Part shown: in pieces, positions 56,471-64,000 of the stretch | How positions within the stretch are numbered: the first letter of the stretch is position 1 | Layout of the letters: each line of letters starts with the position of its first letter | Origin: Naegleria gruberi | Lineage: Eukaryota | DNA: 64,000 bases | Assembly (NCBI GenBank): GCA_000004985.1 | Contig: GG738863.1 | Strand: one strand, 5' to 3' | Made by a program: the position numbers and the translations under genes | Notes under the pieces: generated by a model | What the model was told of the DNA's origin: nothing | Databases searched by the model: none | Seen by the model: the letters and a program-made list of their open reading frames with translations, nothing else

Positions 56471-56566
56471 ATTATTATACAAATGTTTCAATAAGATTAA
56501 TTTTCAATGCAACAGATAATAAACTATTTATGCGATTAAAATAATTTAAAATTCAAATTAAAAAAA

Positions 56567-57241
56567 ATGAGTCAAGATAAAAAGGTAGAACAACATATTG
56601 CGGATGAAATTTTTAAACCTGATGTCATTGAAATTTCGGAATCACATATTAATGAAAATAAGAATGTAATAATAACAAAACCATTAAATGATAAACAAGA
56701 TGCACCTCAAGTACAATTCCGAATGGAATTTGATGAATTAAGTGAAAAGAAAGATAAAAGATTAAAAGATATTTTAAGAAATGATGAATATCAATTTAAT
56801 TATCCTGTATTTAATTTTGATCAAAAAGGATATCGTCGTATTCCATATGTTGATCCTAGATTTGCAACATTTGAACAACAAGTTGAAGAATCATTTTCAT
56901 TAAATGTTGCCAAAATGAGAGATATTGCATCTTCACATGAAAAGCCTTTAATTTTATCATCTTTAGCAACAGCTGGTTTATTATGGAAGAAACCAAAAGA
57001 TAAAATTACAGCTGCCATGTTATTTATTACTAGTACATTGGGTGTTAGTTATTTATACTTTTCAAATATGGGATTTGGTAATATGATTAATAGAGTTAAT
57101 ATTGAAGCTTTTAGAATTTTAAATCAAGAAAAGAAAGCTTATTTACTTAGTGACCAAGAAGTTCAAACTTCTCAACAATTAATTAAATCTCAAATTGATA
57201 AAGAAATGGAAGAATTTAAAGAAAAGTACAAACAAGAATAA
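56567..57241 (+). CDS. Hypothetical protein (224 aa) with one predicted TM segment
   Basis: ORF with ordinary codon usage. The hydrophobic stretch is 'ITAAMLFITSTLGVSYLYF'. No recognised domain. Confidence 0.4.
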   Translation: MSQDKKVEQHIADEIFKPDVIEISESHINENKNVIITKPLNDKQDAPQVQFRMEFDELSEKKDKRLKDILRNDEYQFNYPVFNFDQKGYRRIPYVDPRFATFEQQVEESFSLNVAKMRDIASSHEKPLILSSLATAGLLWKKPKDKITAAMLFITSTLGVSYLYFSNMGFGNMINRVNIEAFRILNQEKKAYLLSDQEVQTSQQLIKSQIDKEMEEFKEKYKQE

Positions 57242-57474
57242 TAACACTCTAAATTTAGGGTTTAACAAATAATTATCATAATAGGATGGGATAATTGAAT
57301 TGGATTTTGATTGTAAATATTTCAACATCATTTACAGGTTATATTATTGGGTGTATGATACACTTTGTTTGTACACTTTATTCACACATTTTGTAAACAA
57401 CATGCATGATAGAATTATTATAATAATAATATTGAATATTAATATATTTAATTACTTTTGTTCATGTTCTTGTT

Positions 57475-58589
57475 TCAATAAGATGGCCAATCTCTTACAT
57501 GCTTCATCCATTTGTTCTTAGAAGCAGTATAAAAGATGTCTNNNNNNNNNNNNNNNNNNNNNNNNNNNNNNNNNNNNNNNNNNNNNNNNNNNNNNNNNNN
57601 NNNNNNNNNNNNNNNNNNNNNNNNNNNNNNNNNNNNNNNNNNNNNNNNNNNNNNNNNNNNNNNNNNNNNNNNNNNNNNNNNNNNNNNNNNNNNNNNNNNN
57701 NNNNNNNNNNNNNNNNNNNNNNNNNNNNNNNNNNNNNNNNNNNNNNNNNNNNNNNNNNNNNNNNNNNNNNNNNNNNNNNNNNNNNNNNNNNNNNNNNNNN
57801 NNNNNNNNNNNNNNNNNNNNNNNNNNNNNNNNNNNNNNNNNNNNNNNNNNNNNNNNNNNNNNNNNNNNNNNNNNNNNNNNNNNNNNNNNNNNNNNNNNNN
57901 NNNNNNNNNNNNNNNNNNNNNNNNNNNNNNNNNNNNNNNNNNNNNNNNNNNNNNNNNNNNNNNNNNNNNNNNNNNNNNNNNNNNNNNNNNNNNNNNNNNN
58001 NNNNNNNNNNNNNNNNNNNNNNNNNNNNNNNNNNNNNNNNNNNNNNNNNNNNNNNNGCATCACGAATTTTATCCATTTCTTCTTTTTGTTCATTATTATT
58101 ATTATTACTATTAATATTATTATTATTATTATGATTATTATTAAAAAGATCCAAGGCTTGTAATTGTACATTGTATGGATTTAAAAACATTTCAAAGGCT
58201 TTTGTTAAACCATCTTGAGAACCACTTGTACAAATAACATCCCACAATTGTTTGTTTTCATCGGATGGTAATTGATGAGTTACTTGTTGATGTTTTCTCA
58301 TATATTGTGTGAGTGAAGGTAAACCTTGACTTGGATGATATTGTAATCCATCACTTAATTCTTTACCTCCAATTTCTAGGCTTGTTTGATTATTTAAATC
58401 AACTTTAATAGATTGAAATGGAAATGTTTGAGAGTTTGGTAAACCACCTGCAAGTGAAATCATACCAGGTAAATTCATAATTGGCATGAGTGCACGAATT
58501 GGACTTGGTTTTCTCAATTTTGAAATTACTGAAAAGAATGGTGTAAAATCTGTGATACGATTCACTGCTGCTGTTGTTGTTGAGGCCAT
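57475..58589 (-). CDS. Class-I aminotransferase (kynurenine/alpha-aminoadipate aminotransferase, ARO8/AADAT-like), interrupted by an assembly gap
   Basis: The N-terminal 145 aa before the gap read 'FFSVISKLRKPSPIRALMPIMNLPGMISLAGGLPNSQTFPF...LQYHPSQGLPSL...DVICTSGSQDGLTKAFEMF', matching the KAT/AadAT N-terminal arm and core. The 515-N gap at 57542-58056 removes the PLP-lysine region. The short post-gap coding segment has an uncertain frame; the 57475 end is tentative. Confidence 0.6.
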
Positions 58590-58795
58590 TTTTTTAATTT
58601 GTTTTTTTCAAAGGCTATGAAAAATCAAAAAAGGTTAGATTCACTTATTTGTCAATGATGTTGAATTCTCTGAGTTATTGTTGGTGAAGAGTTAAGGGAA
58701 TTAAATTGAGTTCAGGTGGTCCAGAATCCTTAATTTTTGTTTTGTTTCTATCAGGCTATAAATGATGTTTGGCGCCAAAATCAACTACAAAAAAA

Positions 58796-59908
58796 ATGAG
58801 CAGAAACGACTATTATGATTCTGATGAGGAAGTAATTGAAGAAAACAACACAATGGTGACCAATAAGAGAATGAGCAAGGAAGATGTGGATCATATCATT
58901 GAGGAAATAAAGGCTCATTTAGGAGAGTTGTGTTTATCAAGAACAGGTCTCGGACACATCTTTGCTTCTTTAGATTTATCGGTAGGTTTTATCAAGCAAT
59001 GATGAAATTGATAACTTATTAAAATTGTGTAGAACTTGAAAATATCAAATATTAGTGATGGATTTATTATTTCGGAATTTTATCCTCAATTACAAAATAT
59101 TAATCTAAGTGGAAATGAATTAACTAGTTTAGAATGTTTGACCAATTTAAAAACACTTGTAAAATTGAATGCTTCAAATAATAATTTAGAAACACTACTT
59201 GATTTTATTATTGATAAAAATCCACTCAAGGTCTTTTTAGCTGAAGCAAATTTTGAAAATAATTCTCTTTCTAGATTTGATACTAATTTACATCAATTCT
59301 CAATTTCATTGAAAAGATTGAATATTTCTAATAATTCTATTAATTATGATTTATCAGAATTAAATACATTATCTAATTTAATAGAATTGAATATTTCTAA
59401 TAATCAAATTACTCATCTCAATCTTTCCAAATTGAAATATTTAAAGATTTTAAATGCAGAAAGGAATAACATTAATTCAGTTACAGGTATATGTCCAGAT
59501 TCACTTCAACAATTAAATTTGAAAGAAAATTCTCTATCAAAACTATCAGAATTTCAAGTATTTAAATATTTGTATAGATTAAATTTAGATAATAATCAAA
59601 TTAATGATTTTAATGAATTGAGTTATTTAAATAATTTAAGTTATCTATATGAAATATCATTACTTGGTAATACATTTGATTTTGGTCAAAGTACATTGGA
59701 AGAAATTGCCAATATTTACAAAAATTCAATTCTCTATCAAATACCACAAATTGTTGTTTTGGATGAATTTGAAGTGAGTAGTGAAGAGAAGGTTAGAGCT
59801 AAAATATATATTGAAACCATTGTTGAAAATATTCAATTAGCAGAGGCAGCAGAAGCAGCAGTAGCAACAATAGGTGAATCCAATCCTGCAAATAATGAAG
59901 GTAATTAA
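58796..59908 (+). CDS. Leucine-rich-repeat protein (SDS22-like LRR array), 2 exons
   Basis: Exon 1 is 58796..58981. The intron is 58982-59032 (GTAGGT..TGTAG). Exon 2 is 59033..59908. There are at least 8 LRRs ('NINLSGNELTSLECLTNLKTLVKLNASNNNLETL', 'LNISNNQITHLNLSKLKYLKILNAERNNI', 'LNLKENSLSKL...'). A C-terminal LRRcap-like part follows. Confidence 0.6.
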
Positions 59909-59909
59909 T

Positions 59910-60734
59910 TTATCTTAATGTACTAAACATTGAAAATTGTAAAGTATCAAATTGATTTGAAGCATTTGAATTATTTAAAGATAAATCTATTGGATTAATA
60001 TTTGAAGAATGATCTAAATGTTCAACTGGACCATAAACTTTAACTTGTCTCACATGAGTATCTCTACCATTTTGATGATTTTGTGAAATTACAATTTGTA
60101 ACATGTTACATCTACAATGTTCCAATAAATCTTTTTCTGAACTATTTAACATGTTAATATTTACATAACCAACTGGTTCTTCTAATTCAATAGTTTTAAT
60201 TTGTATCAAATCATGAAAATTACTTCCACATTTAATACTAATAACTTGTGGTGTATAGGATTCATCTTTTTTATAATCCAAATATATTGCTACTTCTTGT
60301 ATGGTTAATACTTTATGAAATTGTATATTAATTGTATGTGGTTGTGGTCCATCTGATTGCCAATAGGTTTCTAAATTATCATCTCTCAATTCTTCAACTC
60401 CATTTCCTTGTTTTGCTGTTGATACACTCCACACTGCATATTTACCAATTTCTATTAGTGATGAATGTTGTTGTTGTTGTTGTTGATTGGAATTGGAATT
60501 GGAATTGGAATTTTTATTATAGGAAGGAATTGAATGATTGTTGGAGTCTTCATGTTGTTGTGATGGAGGTAGAAAAGATGAATCGGTACTCAAAATGTTT
60601 AGAAATATATTATCAAAAGTATGATCCAATACATTTGTTGTATTACCACTACCACTACTACTTGATGATGATGAATTGGTGGTAGTAGTAGCTGAAGATG
60701 TTTGAACTGAAGAGAATTGAGCAAGCCTAAACAT
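59910..60734 (-). CDS. APC10: Anaphase-promoting complex subunit 10 (APC10/DOC1) with an Asn/Ser/Gln-rich N-terminal extension
   Basis: The DOC domain reads 'EIGKYAVWSVSTAKQGNGVEELRDDNLETYWQSDGPQPHTINIQFHKVLTIQEVAIYLDYKKDESYTPQVISIKCGSNFHDL'. Its stop codon lies 2 bp from the convergent LRR gene stop. An (AATTGG)n hexamer repeat encodes an NSNSNS run. Confidence 0.85.
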   Translation of the reverse strand: MFRLAQFSSVQTSSATTTTNSSSSSSSGSGNTTNVLDHTFDNIFLNILSTDSSFLPPSQQHEDSNNHSIPSYNKNSNSNSNSNQQQQQQHSSLIEIGKYAVWSVSTAKQGNGVEELRDDNLETYWQSDGPQPHTINIQFHKVLTIQEVAIYLDYKKDESYTPQVISIKCGSNFHDLIQIKTIELEEPVGYVNINMLNSSEKDLLEHCRCNMLQIVISQNHQNGRDTHVRQVKVYGPVEHLDHSSNINPIDLSLNNSNASNQFDTLQFSMFSTLR

Positions 60735-60929
60735 TTTTTATTTAAATACGACGATGAAAAAAATACCTCAACAAGACCATCCTCCGGATACGGAAGGGAG
60801 TAATTTGCTTGCTGACAGGATTTTTGTGTTAGAGAGAGCAATTGAAACCTACCAAAAGGAAAACAATAATCTCCGTGACTATCTTCAACAACTTGTAAAT
60901 ATATGTAATGGTCACCCGTTATGAATAAT

Positions 60930-62398
60930 NNNNNNNNNNNNNNNNNNNNNNNNNNNNNNNNNNNNNNNNNNNNNNNNNNNNNNNNNNNNNNNNNNNNNNN
61001 NNNNNNNNNNNNNNNNNNNNNNNNNNNNNNNNNNNNNNNNNNNNNNNNNNNNNNNNNNNNNNNNNNNNNNNNNNNNNNNNNNNNNNNNNNNNNNNNNNNN
61101 NNNNNNNNNNNNNNNNNNNNNNNNNNNNNNNNNNNNNNNNNNNNNNNNNNNNNNNNNNNNNNNNNNNNNNNNNNNNNNNNNNNNNNNNNNNNNNNNNNNN
61201 NNNNNNNNNNNNNNNNNNNNNNNNNNNNNNNNNNNNNNNNNNNNNNNNNNNNNNNNNNNNNNNNNNNNNNNNNNNNNNNNNNNNNNNNNNNNNNNNNNNN
61301 NNNNNNNNNNNNNNNNNNNNNNNNNNNNNNNNNNNNNNNNNNNNNNNNNNNNNNNNNNNNNNNNNNNNNNNNNNNNNNNNNNNNNNNNNNNNNNNNNNNN
61401 NNNNNNNNNNNNNNNNNNNNNNNNNNNNNNNNNNNNNNNNNNNNNNNNNNNNNNNNNNNNNNNNNNNNNNNNNNNNNNNNNNNNNNNNNNNNNNNNNNNN
61501 NNNNNNNNNNNNNNNNNNNNNNNNNNNNNNNNNNNNNNNNNNNNNNNNNNNNNNNNNNNNNNNNNNNNNNNNNNNNNNNNNNNNNNNNNNNNNNNNNNNN
61601 NNNNNNNNNNNNNNNNNNNNNNNNNNNNNNNNNNNNNNNNNNNNNNNNNNNNNNNNNNNNNNNNNNNNNNNNNNNNNNNNNNNNNNNNNNNNNNNNNNNN
61701 NNNNNNNNNNNNNNNNNNNNNNNNNNNNNNNNNNNNNNNNNNNNNNNNNNNNNNNNNNNNNNNNNNNNNNNNNNNNNNNNNNNNNNNNNNNNNNNNNNNN
61801 NNNNNNNNNNNNNNNNNNNNNNNNNNNNNNNNNNNNNNNNNNNNNNNNNNNNNNNNNNNNNNNNNNNNNNNNNNNNNNNNNNNNNNNNNNNNNNNNNNNN
61901 NNNNNNNNNNNNNNNNNNNNNNNNNNNNNNNNNNNNNNNNNNNNNNNNNNNNNNNNNNNNNNNNNNNNNNNNNNNNNNNNNNNNNNNNNNNNNNNNNNNN
62001 NNNNNNNNNNNNNNNNNNNNNNNNNNNNNNNNNNNNNNNNNNNNNNNNNNNNNNNNNNNNNNNNNNNNNNNNNNNNNNNNNNNNNNNNNNNNNNNNNNNN
62101 NNNNNNNNNNNNNNNNNNNNNNNNNNNNNNNNNNNNNNNNNNNNNNNNNNNNNNNNNNNNNNNNNNNNNNNNNNNNNNNNNNNNNNNNNNNNNNNNNNNN
62201 NNNNNNNNNNNNNNNNNNNNNNNNNNNNNNNNNNNNNNNNNNNNNNNNNNNNNNNNNNNNNNNNNNNNNNNNNNNNNNNNNNNNNNNNNNNNNNNNNNNN
62301 NNNNNNNNNNNNNNNNNNNNNNNNNNNNNNNNNNNNNNNNNNNNNNNNNNNNNNNNNNNNNNNNNNNNNNNNNNNNNNNNNNNNNNNNNNNNNNNNNN
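60930..62398. other. Assembly gap: 1469 N, the largest of six N-runs
   Basis: An uninterrupted run of n. The other gaps are 13245-13294, 20863-20942, 25744-25793, 34587-34834 and 57542-58056. ORF-track entries made of X residues across these gaps are artefacts. Confidence 0.99.
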
Positions 62399-62960
62399 CT
62401 AATGCTTGACAAGATAGAGAGTCACCCCAATCACATACCTAACCTAGATTGGAACTCTATCAACGTCAGCTACCTTAAATCCCATTTGTCTCCTAAATCT
62501 AAATATTATATTTGGAGAAACTCTTCAAATGCCCACATCAATTTTGGTGAGGGTAAAAGTTTCTGTCATGATTGTAACACAGAATCTGACCTTAATCACT
62601 ATATTCATGAATGCCCTGCTCTGGATAGTGCCAGATACTTTTGCTTGTCAAAAATATCTGATATTCTTGATCAGAGAGAGTGTAAACTCACTCATATTCA
62701 ATTCAGACCAGAAAAGCATCACCATGTACTCTTCTTCCACCATTCTGGAACCACATTCTTCGAAGATGGATACGTACAACAATACCCAGACATTGCAGAG
62801 AAATGGCCTGAGATCCAGGGAGCCATTTCTAACTTTGTCGGCCGCTCCTATAGATATTATTATATTGACTCAATGTAAATTTACAAATTCAAAGAGAATC
62901 TGAATAGATTCGTTATTATTGCAATAAAAGATTTTTTATTTAAATAAAATTAAACGATTT
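62399..62960 (+). mobile_element. Non-LTR (LINE-like) retrotransposon 3' fragment: C-terminal end of ORF2 with a CCHC zinc knuckle, followed by a 3' UTR with an AATAAA signal
   Basis: ORF 62402..62878 is open from the gap edge. It contains 'CHDCNTESDLNHYIHEC' (C-x2-C-x7-H-x4-C), the zinc finger characteristic of the ORF2 C-terminus of non-LTR retroelements. The region is visibly less AT-rich than its surroundings. AATAAA at about 62925 is followed by A-rich sequence. The 5' remainder lies in the 1469-N gap. Confidence 0.5.
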
Positions 62961-63027
62961 AAAAATGGCGGGAAAGAGAAAAAATTGAGTGCTAGCATTT
63001 ACTCGAACACCCAAACTGTTAAAAAAA

Positions 63028-63979
63028 ATGAGTCTACGAATCAAGAAGAGAACTTCACCCTCCTCCACCTCTTCATCCAATCCAAATGACATCGAGCATG
63101 ATACATCTACTTCTACCATACCTCCTCGTTCCGAATCATCCAACAACACTAAACATTCACTTTTAAAAAGACCAAGTTTAATTTTACCTAAAGTAACCTC
63201 TCTATTCAATAATAATAATAATAACCACTACTACAAATAATCATATAAATAATTCTATAAATAGTAAGACTATTTCAAATACTATCATTAATAATAATAA
63301 ATTAATAAATATTGAAGATGAAGAAGAAGAGGAAGAAGAATATAATTTATCTTCAAATGAATCTAATCATTCAGATATTGATCAATTTAAATATAAAAAA
63401 GTAAAAAAAAGAATTAATTTTGAATATAATTGCCAATTATGTAAAAAAGATATAACTAATTGTAGTAAAACAGATAGAAGTAAACATATTAAATTATGTT
63501 GTAAAGTATATCAAATAAGTAATGAACAATTAAAAAATTATTTAAATGAATTAAAAGAAAAACAAAAAGAAGAAGCAAATTATTTTAAATTAATTAAACC
63601 AAAAAGGAAAAAAATTAAAAAGGAAGAAAAAAATGAAGTAATTAAAAATGATTTATTAGATTTATTTAAATTTAATAATCAACATTCACTTTGTAAAAAT
63701 ACAAATATAGTAATTTATAATAATTTAAATGAATGGTTAGAATCAATTAAAATGATTAAATATTTAAATAATTTTATTAATAATGGTTATGATAATTTAG
63801 AAATTATTTGTAATTTAAATGAAAATGATTTAATTAATCCTTTAAATATTAATTTACATGGTCATAGAAAATTACTAATTATAGAAATTAACAAATTAAA
63901 ACAAAATTTAATTTTAAAAAAGGAAAGAGATTTATTTGAAAAGAGAAAAAATGATTTAATTGAAAGAAGAAATAAATAA
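63028..63979 (+). CDS. Ser/Asn/Lys-rich protein with a C-terminal SAM (sterile alpha motif) domain; one apparent +1 frameshift
   Basis: ATG at 63028. Frame 1 runs to TAA at 63238-63240 inside an AAT-repeat run. The +1 frame then stays open from 63243 to TAA at 63977-63979 and encodes '...WLESIKMIKYLNNFINNGYDNLEIICNLNENDLINPLNINLHGHRKLLIIEINKLK', a SAM-domain pattern. The track lists only 62989..63240 and 63752..63979. Confidence 0.5.
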
Positions 63980-64000
63980 AAGAAGAATTGAAAATAATAA

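Noticed and set aside
60485-60510. (AATTGG)n hexamer array and other short tandem repeats as possible CRISPR or minisatellite loci
   Set aside because: They lie inside coding sequence and encode NSNSNS/poly-Q low-complexity tracts of APC10. CRISPR is also not expected in a eukaryote.
60919-62412. ORFs of about 490 aa on both strands across 60919-62412, plus X-containing ORFs at 57518-58171, 57536-58114, 34527-34881, 25521-26013 and elsewhere
   Set aside because: They consist almost entirely of X (translated N). They are artefacts of assembly gaps, not genes.

Overview
This is eukaryotic nuclear DNA, about 70% AT, gene-dense, with roughly one gene per 1.5-2 kb. Introns are sparse, very AT-rich and short (40-112 nt), with GTAAGT/GTATGT donors and AG acceptors. 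Many coding regions carry poly-Asn, poly-Ser or poly-Gln tracts. The gene content fits an amoebozoan, most like a dictyostelid social amoeba; the taxon call is inference only. The marker genes are a TALE homeobox, a phospholipase B-like protein, Skp1 prolyl-hydroxylase/GlcNAc-transferase domains, PTEN, a DUF4116 repeat protein and cystinosin. There are no prokaryotic features (no CRISPR, no operons). Six runs of N are assembly gaps at 13245-13294, 20863-20942, 25744-25793, 34587-34834, 57542-58056 and 60930-62398, so ORF-track 'ORFs' made of X residues are artefacts. About 40 protein genes were resolved, several by manual splicing of the ORF-track fragments, plus one tRNA-Val(UAC). Confident calls include citrate synthase, protein disulfide isomerase, exportin-2 (CSE1/CAS), NAD(P)HX dehydratase, aspartyl aminopeptidase, PTEN, cystinosin, U1-C, APC10, TIP41, dynactin p25, QCR9, an SNF2 ATPase, a phospholipase B-like protein and a fused PsuG-PsuK gene. 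The most notable items are: (1) a five-exon gene fusing pseudouridine-5'-phosphate glycosidase to pseudouridine kinase; (2) a single ORF fusing a Skp1-type prolyl 4-hydroxylase domain to a GT-A (DxH) GlcNAc-transferase-like domain; (3) a polymerase-beta-type nucleotidyltransferase-fold protein with an unrecognised C-terminal domain of about 520 aa; (4) a stand-alone Rnl2-like ATP-dependent RNA ligase domain; (5) a DUF4116 25-aa tandem-repeat protein; (6) a non-LTR retrotransposon 3' fragment next to the largest gap; and (7) a homology-supported 19-nt micro-exon in the cystinosin gene. Two apparent frameshifts (SERBP1/Stm1-like gene and SAM-domain gene) are probably sequence errors.
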